NCBI RefSeq assembly: GCF_021028975.2
Contig: NC_059425.1
Coordinates: forward strand, 19,778,001 to 19,842,000
Reading direction: 5' to 3'
Length of the DNA stretch: 64,000 bases
From: Sphaerodactylus townsendi
Taxonomy: Eukaryota
Part shown: piece by piece, positions 25,153 through 38,000 of the stretch
Layout of the letters: each line of letters starts with the position of its first letter
Position numbering within the stretch: position 1 is the stretch's first letter
Translations under genes and position numbers: made by a program
The notes under the pieces: model-generated
The model's input: the letters and a program-made list of their open reading frames with translations, nothing else
Databases searched by the model: none
What the model was told of the DNA's origin: nothing

Positions 25153-26639
25153 CGTTATTGTTCATGTTTGTCTTGCAGAAAAATGTAGCTGAAATCCTCA
25201 GTGGCACCTCTTCTTTGGAATGCCCACCCCCACCCCCCCTTTGAGGTTTACCCCGTGCCTGCCCTCTTCTCTTCTGGGAGCCAGGCCAAAACTTTCCTTC
25301 TTAATGAAAGGATTGATCTTTTCACGTCGCATTCATAGCTTGTGTCTATCCGAGGATGTGTTACACGAGCCTCATTTTAAACCTCTCGTCCTTCTGTGCC
25401 GTGTTTATACTCAGGCTGAGTTTTTAATGCCATATTTGAAATAGTTGATTAATTGCCAACAACTCTGTTAGTTTTTTTTTTACATTTGTATTATGTTTTC
25501 CTTTGTAAGTCTCCCCTGGAGTGGCAGCACAGACATTTTCTACTTAAATATATGCATATATGTATAGATGGTAAAAAGTATCCGAGGTAGCAGGCGCTGT
25601 GAAATAACTTTCCCTGCTATAGACGTGAAAAACCATCTCCAGGCGAAATAGATGGTACAAGGCTTTTATATGAATGCTGCCATTTTGGAAGAAAATATAA
25701 CTCAGTGGTTGAATTTGCATGCACTTTTGCATGCAGAAGTTTCCAGGATCACACCCTAGTATCCTCAATTGAGGAAGTAAAGTTGTCGGTGTTGGGGGTG
25801 GGGGGGGAGCCTTTCTCTGCCTGAGAGCGAGGAAAGTCGCTGCCATTGAGAGTTGAGGATGCTAAGACACCCCCCCCTCCCCGCCACCATCGTAGTCGAC
25901 TCAGTACAAAGTATCTTCCTGTGTTCCTTGCGAAGGCAGGAAGTTGGCTGTCAGTGGCTGAGGAGGTGGGGAGAGACCTTCTTGAAGCTGCTATCTCTTT
26001 GTAATGGTAGAAACATCTGTGCAGCTCGCCTGCAAGAGGAAACTCCCAAGAGAGCTCAGCTGCCTTCACATCAGCTTTTTAACAGTTGCAAAAGGCAGTC
26101 TCTGTTTACTCTCCGCAGGGGCTTTCTTGCACCATCTGTCAAAGCATTGCTGATCACATTTTGCGTGACAGTCCTGCACGTCTTTTTTTCAGCGACGCCT
26201 GTGTAATATTTTTGATCGCTTGCCAAGACCTTTTGAATTGCAACAGGTCCTTTGCTCTTTTTTAATGAAATGTGATCTTTCCGCACAGACTGTTGGGTGG
26301 CTTTTATTTATTGATAGGGATCTATGCTGATTTTCTTGTTTTATGCATAATTTGTAAAGTGTCCTTGGGGCTTTTTTAACAAACTCAGAAAGTGGGAGTT
26401 TTAAAAAAAAATCCCTAAGACAGAAATATGAAAAGCATCGTTCTTACCAGCATTTACAATATGAAGAGCAGACAGGTTTCTGCTGTTTGGCATCGCTGAA
26501 CATTATAGGGGGAAATAAGCTGCAGTAGCCCTTAATAAGAAGAAGGCACTCAGACGGTTAGTTTGTAAATATTCATGTACCGCTAAATATAGAAGTGGGT
26601 GGTATATGGGATACTCTTATGCAGTACTAGCAGAACTCA

Positions 26640-27050
26640 GGGAAGCTGTGGAAACTGTGAACAGGTGTCTGGAGGCACTTTTGGAAGGCTAACAAGATGA
26701 AACATAATCCCGACAAAAGGGAGATGCTACTGGGGGCGGGGAAGATGACCCGGGAAATGCGTTATCCCCCATTCTAGATGGGTTTGCACACCTATAAAGG
26801 AGCAAGTTCACAGCTTGGGGGTGCTCCTGAACCCTGGCATCCTGTTAGAATAGATAAACAGGTCACAGCAGTGGCCAGCGGTGTCTTTTATCAACTTTGG
26901 CTTGTGAGCCAGCTGTGGCTTTTCCTGAATAGAAAAGAGGTTGCCATTGTGGTGCATGCCCTGGTAAACTTTAGATTAGATTACCACAACACACTGTATG
27001 TGGGGCTGCCCTTGGAGATTGTTCGGAAATTACAGTCAGTTCAGAATGAC
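26640..27050 (+). mobile_element. L2 LINE ORF2 fragment
   Basis: FYQLWLVSQL...VVHALVNFRLDYHNTLYVGLPLEIVRKLQSVQN matches the L2 post-RT motif (HALVxSRLDYCNxLxxGLP...KLQLVQN). Confidence 0.8.
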
Positions 27051-27369
27051 AATCAAATGCATATCCCTGGGAAGCCCACAAGCTTAAAAATGGTAGCCAG
27101 CCCTACCCTGCTATGCCCAGTAACTGGTATTCAAAGATATTGCCATCTGTTCTCCTGTTTGAGGGTCCCTTGACATCTTTGGGACCCACCGTGCCCCCCT
27201 CCTCCTTGTTAGGAGGATTTTTAGGTAGGGTTTTGCGGAGCGCTGTTTTTATGTACTAATCGCTGTTTTAAATTAGTTTTTAAAGTCTATGGGGCTTTAT
27301 TAGCTTAAACTGTTATAGTTAATGTTAGGTATTCATTGCCCCTTTTGTTATTGTGCTGTATGATGACTA

Positions 27370-27601
27370 CCCTGTTTCCCCGAATATAAGACGTCCCCTG
27401 AAAATAAGACATAGTAGAGGTTTTGCTGAAGTGCGAAATATAAGGCATCCCCCGAAAGTAAGACGTAGCAAAGTTTTTGTTTGGAAACATGCCTGACGAA
27501 CAGAACACAGAAAAATAAGACATCCCCTGAAAATAAGACATAGCGCATCTTTGGGAGCAAAAATTAATATAAGACAGTGTCTTATTTTCGGGGAAACACG
27601 A
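27370..27601. mobile_element. Tigger/pogo-like MITE, full length
   Basis: TIR CCCTGTTTCCCCGAATATAAGAC / GTCTTATTTTCGGGGAAACACGA with TA flanks. Confidence 0.75.
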
Positions 27602-29004
27602 TATGTTGTACACCGCCCAGAGCCCCTTGGGGATGGGGCGGTATACGAAAATCGAACAAATAAATAAATAAATAGTCTCAGTACTTGAAAGTACCATTTA
27701 GCTATCATGACTTTTATTAATACCTCCTCCATTAACTTGTCCAAAGTCTTTTTATAGTCACCTAAGATGGTGGCCATTGTTATATTCTTTTGCTGCAAAT
27801 TCTGCCAATTCATTCTGTGTTGTTTTAAGCAGCACTTCAGATAAGGCATTTAGAGACTCAAGATAGTGGGGTGGATGGATCCTATTCCTATCCAACCCTA
27901 TTTAGGAGTTCATTTGTGGGAAATTACCCCTTGTTTTCCTTTTGGCTTGGGTCTGAATCTTTCCTCTAAGCTAAGGAGACCTCGTGAAGTTGGTCTCATA
28001 TTGGATGAAGAGCCACTTAAGCTGGGGGAGGATCCTTAGGCTGGTAGAAGGCGACTTGCTGGATGGTGAGACCTACCCCATTCTGAAGTCATTTTTAAAA
28101 AGCCACGAGAGCTTGATCCTGCACTTTCCCGCTTTTCATGAGTTGAAACAGCGGGAAAGGGTTTTGTAACCATTTGGGCATTTTTTAAAGGGTACAAGAG
28201 CACCTTAGCACAGCCTGATCAAGACCAGACCCTCACAGTATTTTAAATGACTTCAAAATGAAGGCACGGTTCTTGTGTTGGCCACGAGGACACTTTCATG
28301 CCAAGGCATGCTAAATAAGGTTGCCGGCTGGCCTGGTCCCATTTAGAGAGTGGATATTAGGGATGCCAATGATGGGGAATCCTGACCCCATGGGAGGCGG
28401 GGCTCCGTCAACCAGCTACTTGACCCCAAAGGTTCAGACATGCCTAAGGCCTACGTATTCAGGTCTTCCCCTTCACCAGCCTCGTGGTGGGAAACCACTG
28501 GAATTACAGTTCATCTCCAGACAACCAAAACCAGTTCACCTGCTTTGCAAGGCATTGTACCCCACTGTTGTCCCTGTCTTTCCTAGGATCCATTCACAAA
28601 TCTCCAGAAAATTCCCATCCTGGATCTGGAAACCCAACCTCCACCCCCCACCAGTGGCGAGAGGGGAGCTGGCCACCCTAGCGGAGATGAGCACATGAAG
28701 TTTACCAAGGTATGACATTAAATAACTGCCCCTGATATCTGCACGCTGGTCACGCCAACAGAGCTGGCAACCCTCATGCTAATGCAATGGAAAAACGGAG
28801 AGGTTCTGGCTGTTCTGGGATTTACAGGAGGAGGAAGGCAAGCTGCAGCCCCTTCTATAGCCTGCACGGCACAGGGGTGCCCGAGCTCCCTGTTTGTCTT
28901 CATTAGGAAGAAGAGTTGGTTTTTATGCTCTGCCTTTATTTCCCGTAAAGTGGCTTGCAATCGCCTTCCCTTCCCCACAACAGACACCTAGTGAGGGAGG
29001 TGGG

Positions 29005-29396
29005 CAGTGGTGGGATCCAAAAATTTTAGTAACAGGTTCCCATGGTGGTGGGATTCAAACTGTGGCATAGCGCCAATGGGGCGGGGCGGGGCACAACGGG
29101 GGCGTGGCCGGGAATTCCGGGGGCGGGGCATTCCTGGGCGGGGCTGTGGCAAGGACGCAGCCGCTGCACCGGTCCTTGGGTGGGAAACGAATGCACGCAG
29201 GCGCAGGCTGCCACGCACGCCGGTGCACCTCCTGCTAGACTGCTTCAAGTTCTGTACGCTACTGCTGAGAGGAGGGGCGTAACTAAGGCAAAAATCACGT
29301 GGCAAAATCACCCATTAGTATCCCCCTCTGGGCACACACAAATAATTAGTAACCTACTCTCAGGAACCTGTGAGAACCTGCAGGATCCCACCTCTG
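29005..29396. mobile_element. hAT element nested in a minus-strand Squam3-like SINE
   Basis: TSD GAGGTGGG; SINE sequence resumes on both sides (about 28960-29470). Confidence 0.85.
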
Positions 29397-30101
29397 GAGG
29401 TGGGGCTGAGAGAGTTCTGAGAGGACTGGGACTTTCGCAAGGTCACCCAGCAGGCTTTGTGTGGAGGAATCTTGAGTTTGCTGGATGCCACTTCGCTGCA
29501 GCTGATTTGTGGGGAGGGAGGAAAAAGCAGGAAGAGAAAAATCCTCCCTATGAGAAATTAAAATAAACATGAGCTGAACTGACGAGAGAAGAAAGAGAGT
29601 GAAGCATTTATGTTCCCTGCTTCGCCAGCCAGGGAAATTGACCCCAGCTTACTAGCAACTGCCACACCCATCCACGCACAATCCTGTTGTGCGCAGACTT
29701 TCGGACTCCTCAGTATTGCCTTCAGGTGAATTCTCCTAACAAGAGTCCCCAAACCTGCGGAGACTTGCAAGTAGTAACTAAAGCTATCCATCATTTATTA
29801 GAACTGGATAAATGGCTGTGCATGGGACATGTGGTAACTACACCTAAAGTTTTCCTGCCACCCTACCACTGAAATCTGTCAATTCCCCCACCCCAGAGCA
29901 TTTCATTTAATTGAAATTTATTTTTCAATACATATATTTGGGAGAGCTAGGGTTACTTTCTTTCCCATCTTGGCAGCCACTTGGTGTGTGGGGCCTAATA
30001 ACCTACCTCATAATTCCAAAGTGCTTGCAGGACCCCTGGCCTATTCATAGTGCCCCCATTTCATAATTGCAAAATGTTTTCATGGCCTTCCTTTTTTAAA
30101 G

Positions 30102-30425
30102 AGCCAGTGTAATGTAGTGGTTAAGACCAGGTGCACTCTAATCTGGAGAACTGGGTTTGATTCCCCGCTCTGTCACTTGAACTGTGGAGGCTTATTGGTG
30201 AACCAGATTAGCTTGTGCACATGCCAGGTGGGTGACATGTGCTAGTCACTAACTGGGCTAGTCACAGTTCTTTGGAGCTCTCTCAGCCCCACTGACCTCA
30301 CATGGTGTTTGGTGGGGGTGGGGGAGGGAAAGGAGATTGTAAGCCCCTTTGAATCTCCTTACAGGAGAGAAAGAGCGGGTATAAATCCAAGCTCCTCCTC
30401 CTCTTCTCTTCCTCCTCCTCCTTCT
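30102..30425 (+). mobile_element. Squam3-like SINE
   Basis: Family head, CORE and tail. Confidence 0.7.
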
Positions 30426-30429
30426 TTTA

Positions 30430-31990
30430 AAGCATTTATTTACAAATATACAAAAAAAAACAAAAAAAGATATACAATGATCATATTTCTTGCTACATCT
30501 TATAGGATCTATACCAGGGGTAGGGAACCTGCAAATCAAGAGCAGCATAGATATCTGTCCCCGCAAAACGGCTCCACGGGCCGAAGCCGCCAGCTTCATC
30601 GCCGCCTGCCCTGGAGTCAGCGGGGCAGGCGCACCGGTGCCTCGCGACCCGGCTGGGCCGCGGCGTGGGCGACTTCCCCTATAAACTGCCCCGTTAGAGC
30701 CAGGCGGGCACTTTCAACAATGGCCCGAGGCGAGGCCGAGCCGCCGGCTGTCCATCCTTGCCCGCCCTGCAGGTAGCAGGGCGGGTGCATCCATGCGCTT
30801 CTCAGAATGAGCGGAGTAAAAGGTAAAAAAAACCCAATATATACAGTGTTATCTTTATTTTAAATGTCAAAAATTATTTGCGGCTCCAAGTGTTTTCTTT
30901 TCCCGTGGAAAACGGGTCCAAATGGCTCTTTGAGTGTTAAAGGTTCCCTACCCCTGATCTATACACTTGATTCCAATAACCAATAAATGGATACTTTTGT
31001 TCTGCAAACATTTCTTGTCTACAGTTTTCTCCTCCCTTAGATGCTTGGCAGCTGTTCTTTAATTCATTAACAATATACACCATATTTTCCTGAGTCTGAC
31101 TGAGTCTTCTTCTTTCACGCACATCTGATTGGGTGCGGTCATAACGCAGGACTTAACAGGCTTGAAGCCGGAATGCTGCTAACGTATTTAGTATTTATGT
31201 TCTAAATTTACACGGCATCACCACAGATGAAACCCCCTGAAAGAGCCAAACTGTTTCTTTAAACTTGCTAATTCAGAATCATATGTACACTCAAATATCT
31301 TACGCCATACACTTGGATGTGTGAGCATTCCACCAGATAGGAAGGAAGATTCCAGTAAGCTCGTCACATCTCCAACATTTATTGTAAACTGTTCAATATT
31401 CTTGCCAATCTGACAGAGGTCTAATACCACCTATATAGCAATTTGATCCCATTCTCTTGAGTTCCTACATGCCCAGTAATTGTGTACATAAGTTTATGCA
31501 ACTTGTACCATTCCAGTATTGATTTAGTGGCAGGCAAATCTTCCTCATTTTTTCTTAAGTGGTAATACTGGCGTGGCATGCTCCACAAGAGCTCTGTAGA
31601 ATTTCTTTAGCGATTTAGTGATCAAGAAGGTAGTTTCAGATGGCAGCCATTGTTCAAACTTTGTATGATCCTACAATACGTTTAACTTCCTACCCAGAAC
31701 TTGTATAAAACTTCTTCATGGCATATATTGGTAGATACTTTTTCTGGGTTACATTTTCATTTCACAAAGAGTATGATCGATTGGGTCCCTCTGAAATATA
31801 TTAACTTGATCCAACCGTTTTTTACCCACATGCTAAAATTACCAATTCAACTAGCCACTTTAAATTTAACCAGGATAGTCAATGACTGATTCCAATGGGG
31901 ACATCAAAAGTGCCATTTATGGGCTGTGTTGATCCCAGAATTCAGTCATTCAAATCAGATTGGTTATCGATTTCCTCGTATCCCTTTTCA
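30430..31990 (-). mobile_element. Degenerate L1-clade LINE 3' end, interrupted by a hAT MITE (30515-30956)
   Basis: Minus frames give ENGIKLLYRWY*TSVRLARI, KCWRC and WWEC-like zinc-knuckle motifs; AATAAA near 30440. The MITE has TSD ATCTATAC. Confidence 0.7.
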
Positions 31991-32037
31991 CTACCACATC
32001 AAGGCCTTCTTTGCCACATTTATATGTGCATTCTCAG

Positions 32038-35000
32038 ATGCAGGCTTCAAAGGATCGCCACTCAAAAGCAAGGAGAACTGTTGATATCCTGCAGCCCCGG
32101 GAGAGCATTAAAGCTCACAGACAAGTTATCCCAACTAAGGAGCCATCACCTCCTCCTCTATCCAGTGGCCCTGTATTGGTATTAGGGCCAGAAGCTCCAA
32201 GAGACAGCAAGCAAGCCATGCCGGAAAAAGACAATCTGTTGGTGAGTACTGGTACCCCATCTTGGCTGGTTTGGATTTGGCATTTTATATAAGGCTGTTT
32301 CCCTACAAGTGTTTTGGTTCCCCTTAGCTTTCTTACTGCCGCACCCTTTTAGGGAGCATCTGCACAATGTCAGTCTCTGTTCATCCTGCTTCTGTGTGTC
32401 CCCCTTCCCACCCCACACTTTGCTGCAGTATTTCCAAAACCTAGTTTGGTAAAAAGATCTCAGGTCCTAGTATTTTCCTTAGCTCAGGCCTTGCACACTG
32501 TTCTCCAGCACCAATCACAGAAGAACTAATTGACATTTTACTATAAGTCTCTAGTTCTTTTCCTTGATGGAGAATAAGGGAAAACATAGAGGCTGCATAT
32601 TTCCCCTTATATCTTAGCAATGAAAAGGGCTAGAGAGTCACATTTTGGAAAATGAAACCTGGAATTACTGCACTGTCATACAAGGTCATTATAATGCTAT
32701 AGTTATATAGCAATTCTTGATTTTTCAAGTGGTGGAAAAATGGTGACAGGGAGGTACTGAAGCAAGAAAAGTCTGGGGGATGTTACTGAGTTGATGCTCA
32801 ATGCTACTCCCATGGTTTCTTCATTCTGCATCACAGAGAAGCAGCTATAATAAGCAACAGAGTTGGCTGGAGACATTTTGCTGCATGGGATGGAATGTTT
32901 AGATCAGTGATGGCGAACCTATGGCACGGGTGCCAGAGGTGGCACTCGGAGCCCTCTCTGTGGGCACGCGCACACAGAGTTCGTCATGTGGGGGGCAGAG
33001 AATCACCACCACCACCCCAAACACGCATCCTATGGAGCCCAGCCTGGGCCACTGGGCAGTGTCTAATGCGCGCACTCACGGTGAGCAGGAGGGGACCTAG
33101 GACTGGCCGGACCTGAGGTGAAACACTTGCTGCCTGGGGGGGGGGGGTGCAGAGGAGGCAGAGATGCTAGAGAGGCACAGAGCAGTGCGTGTGGGACTTG
33201 CTGGAGGCTAGAGCAGGCTGGCCCCTGCTCGAGCAGGAGGGGCAGAGGAAGAGGGAGCCAACCGGTTTTTTCTAAACTAAAACCTCAGCATTCAGGTTAA
33301 ATGGCCGTGTCGGCACTTTGCGATAAATAAGCGGGGTTTGGGTTGCAGTTTGGGCACTCGGTCTCGAAAAGGTTCGCCATCGCTGGTTTAGATGCTAAAT
33401 TGAAGGCCACCTGGAAAGTATGTGAAGGTGCTTTTCATTGTAAAGCCAGTCATCCAGTGTGTGTTGGTGTGTTAATTTGATGAGAGCAGGCATGGAATAT
33501 AATGAGGGCACTTAATCTTTTCCCTGCTAACACTCTCCTCTCTTTCAATTGCTTTTCTCTTCACAAGGAAAAAGGTATGGGGGCAGTACCTTTCCAGGTG
33601 GAAAGACAGCTGGGGCAGGGGGTGACTTTGACTGTTAACCCCTCCTTTGATCTCACTGCTTCTCTGATCAGATTCATACCCCCTCTGTAGCTGCTAAGAT
33701 TTTTTTTAAAGCTTCTTGGGAGATGCTTTTGCATTGCCTCTTGTTGGGTTTTACCATGGAACACAATTTACAGGGACCTGCACAGCACTCAGACATAGAA
33801 CAGCCCTCACAACTATAATTTGTTTCAGTGGGGTTTGTGCAGGAGAATTTCTCCGCGGATTGTGCACGCAGGCACTTCAGTCAGATCTAAGGTTGCCCAG
33901 CCTCCAGGTGGAACCTGGCGATCTCCTAGGTTTACAGCTGATTTCTGGACTACCAGAGTTCAGTTTCCCTGCAGAAAAGGGCTGCTTTGAAGGGTGGACT
34001 CTATGGAATTACATGCTGCTGAGGTCGTTTCTTTCCCTTCTCCAAGCCCCTCCTGCTGCAGGCTTCACCCCACCCCACCCTCCAAAAAAATCTCCTGGAA
34101 TTTCCCAACCAGGAAGTGCAACCTTAGATTTTGCTTTGCTTTGTTTAAGGACCTGGACTGGCCGCTTTTCGGAAGGCAGATTTATGGCCTTCTAAGCCTT
34201 CTGGCAGCAGCTTGACACAAATGAGTTGAGCAGGTGAACCAGGCCCTTAGAAATACCTGCTACTTTGATGTTTGTGAGTCGGCTGCTGTCATAGGCACGG
34301 TAAACAAAGAGGGCCGTTACAGCTGGGTGCATTGAATGGAAAAGAAGACATACCTCCATTTTCCTTTTCAGCCCCCTTTTGTCAGGCTGAAGAGACTGGA
34401 CATCCCACCGGAAGAGGAGTCTTCCCCACACCAAAACAGGCCCAAAGAGGTAACCAGGGCTGAATGAAATGGTGTGCAAATCAGGGGCTCTTTGGAAGTC
34501 TAATTTATCTGAGGAAAACTCTTGCTGTCTTCTTCTTGCCCTCAGTAGGGTTGCTGGCACGAGGCTAACAATTGGTGGGAGTCATTGCATCACCAGCAGC
34601 ATGCTGATGTCAGTGCATCACTGATGGTGCTCTAGCATTTATCTGAAACTCTATGGTTTAACCATAGAGTTTTGACTGAACACTGGAGCGGTGCTCTGAT
34701 GTCAGGAGGTTGATAATCCCCCCCCTCATTTTGCCCTTATTCTTCTCTCTCCCCCCCACCCAGCTGAGCAGTGGAGGGAAGTGCCCTCTGGTGGTGGGAG
34801 ACCCTCCACCCCAGTGAGAAAATGGCAACCCTAGACTGATCAGGCAAAACCTGCTGAAGGTGCAGGCAAAGCTTTTCCCCAAAGTGGGAAAAGATTCACC
34901 TGGTGAATTTCTACCTCCAAGGCTGGGAGAAAACTGTAGCAATTCTGATTCTCATCTATCTAACATTTCACAGCTGAAAGTAAAGTCATGCTTCCAACTC

Positions 35001-38000
35001 TCTTATGATCTTAGAGAGGGTCACAAGCCCTCAATACATGGCATTATGCACATTGAAATAAGCATGCATGGGTGTGCGAGCGTAAGCATATTGAGCCGGC
35101 CTACTCCACCTATGTGCAATTGCTGGCTCATGAGCCCAGAGGGCCAGCCTGCACAATACAAAGTCTTTCTGTTTTGTAATTGAAGCGGCGCTGGGACTTC
35201 CAATGTCCCGGCATGCCACTGGCTCTGTAAGCTGAGGGGGGGGGGAGTGGGTGTAATCTTCGCCAGACAGCCCACTGCAACTCCATGCTAGAGGCTGCGA
35301 AAAGAGCCAGAAGGCTAAACCTCCTCTGCTTTCTCACCCCATGGTTGTGAACAGAAAAAGGGGGGTGTACACCTGAGAGATCCAGAACTCCAAAGTCACA
35401 TCTGAAACTGTTTAGGGATGGCGCCAGTGAGGTTGGCTCCACATCTGGCATTGGCTAGGGCCCAACCTCAGGGAAGCCCCGCTGAGGCATCCACGTCTGG
35501 AGCCACAAAGGAACTGAGATGGAGGCAGGAAAAATTATTCCATACCACCAGCAGCTGAGGCACTGAGGCCTGGGGAAAGCAGGAGAGGGCCCAGAGGCCT
35601 ATGACAGGGTTGTAGCTGGGCCAGAGTGCGCCTGGTGCACACTCTATGTTTTCCACCCCCGCCCCCCCCCCCACACTCTGTGGCACCCCCCTACATTTAC
35701 CTTACTTCAGCCTGGAAAAGCGACCTGTTCCCTCCAGGCTTCAAACGGCCTGTGGGAACTACACTACCCATGAGACCTTGGGGCTCGCAAGGTCTCCGGG
35801 GAAATGTAGTTCCCACCAGGCCATTTGCAGCCTGAAGGGAACAGGCCACTTCTCCAGCCTGCACTGTTTCTATAAGGGGGGCACTGCAGGGGGGAGTGGG
35901 GTGTCATCGGGGGGCGATTTTCCGCCCCCACCCAGGCATGTGCCCGGTGCAATGCACACACCCCCCAACCCCCTGGTAGCTCTGCCTCTGACCCTGGCCT
36001 CTGACATACCTCAGCCAGACCCAGGGCACACAGCCTATGAGAGGAGGAAGGAAAGTAGGCAGTGTTGCAGGCCGAAATGGAGGACAGAGCAATGTCCATC
36101 TCCCCAGGAGTATGGGGAGGAAATCAGCAGGTAGTGATGAAGGCTGGGGCTATACCAGAGTTGCCAGCTCCAAGTTGGGAACTTCCTGGAGATTTTGGGA
36201 TAGTGCCTGAGGAGGACAGGGTTTAGGAAGGAGGAGGACTCACATGGGGTATAATAATGCCATAGAGTCCACCTTCCAGAGTGGCCATTTTCTCCAGAGG
36301 AACTGAGCTCTATTGCCTGGAGGTGAGTTGTAGTTGCAAGAGATCTCCAGCTACTACCTGGAGACTGGCAACCCCAGGCTAGACAGCTTCTTTAAAATGG
36401 GCTAATGTTATAAGCCGAGGAGAAAGGAAGGAGGCATATCTGTGCTTGAGAGGAGCTGCTGTCCTGGGACAAAAAGTGACTCATCTTTCTGTTTTCCATC
36501 AAATTCCGTTTCTAAGTCCCCCAGGTCACTTGCAGGGGTTGGGTCGGGGGAAGAAGAGGAAGAGTTTGGATTTATACCCCCCTGTAAGGAGACTCAAAGG
36601 GGCTTACAATCTCCTTTCCCTCCCCCCCACAACAAACACCCTGTGAGGTGGGTGGGGCTGAGAGAGCTCAGAAGAGCTGTGACTCTCCCAAGGTTACCCA
36701 GCTGGCGTGTGTTGGAGTGCACAGGCTAATCTGGTTCACCAGATAAGCCTCTGCAGCTCAAGATGCCGAGCGTGGAATCAAACCTGGTTCTCAAGAGTGT
36801 ACCACGCTTAACCACTTCACCACTGCTGCTAGGCTTTCCAGATCCAGGTTGGGAAACTGATGGAGATTTGGGGATGGAACCTAGTCAGGACAGGGACCTC
36901 AGTGGGATACAGTGCTGCAGAGTGCCCCCCCCCCTCTCCAAAGCATCCATTTCCTCCAGAGGATTTGATCTCTGTAGTCTGGGGATAAGCTGTAATTCCA
37001 GGGGATCCCTAGATCCAACCTGGAGGCTGGCATTCCTATTCTGAGGCCTTGGGATTCCCACCAAAGGGGTCCAGTGGAACAGCCAAGCTGAAGACGCCCA
37101 CAGAAACAATCCTTATACCAAACATACAAGCTCTGCACGTAGATTTGCGCTGGAGTCTGAATGTGGAGGAAATGATCTGAAATGTTCACTGTGTGTGCAG
37201 ACATCATGCTCATGACCTGGCTGTTCTGTGTATGCAGAAGGCTGGGGCTATATGTTTATACACATCGATTTCAGTGCACATAGTGGAAAGTCAAGCATCT
37301 AGTGCAGTGGTTCTCAATTTGTGGATTGTGACAGGTTGAAACTAACCCCATTAGTTTCAAGGGTGCTTAGTTCCAGGTGAGAAACTTTCTGTCCAGCATT
37401 TTGCTGTTTGCAAAACCTGGAGGGCCCAGTAAGAAGTCACTTATGTATGTAGCGGCCAACCCATCTACAATACAATCCTAAGCAGAGTTACACTCTTCTA
37501 ATGTGATTGATGGGCTTAGAAGGGTTGCTGTTTTGGTATCTTAAAGGTCAACAAAGCTGCAACTGGCCCCTGAGTATTAATCAAAAGCTAGTGCAGCCAT
37601 CTTGAAAAAGGGTGAAGAAGTTTATGATTTATGTGGAACAACTGGAGCTTCCAAACACCCTTTAGAGCAGTGGTCCTCAACCTGGGGGTCGAACAACCCT
37701 TTCACAGGGGTCGCCTAAGACTCTCTGCATCAGTGTTCTCCATCTGTAAAATGGATAAATGTTAGGGTTGGGGGTCACCACAACATTAAGAACTGTATTA
37801 AAGTGTCGCGGCATTAGGAAGGTTGCAAACCACTGATCTAGTCCATCTATGTGTAAATGCAGTAAATCCTTTACTCCGCCTTCTTTATGCTGCATCAGTT
37901 TACTGTCCCATAAGCTATCATCCGCCGATTTGAAAAACCAAGACAGACCTTCTTTCCAAAGACACTTTTGAAAAACCTAAATATCGATTCAAATGATACC

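Noticed and set aside
30957-31990. Possible endogenous RNA-virus fragment (AT-rich, coding-like)
   Set aside because: YRWY, KCWRC and WWEC-type motifs identify an L1 ORF2 C-terminus
35403-35558. Two in-frame TGA codons as possible selenocysteine or readthrough sites
   Set aside because: No SECIS identified, low-complexity context, and the transposon adds a TAG in the same frame; decay is the simpler explanation
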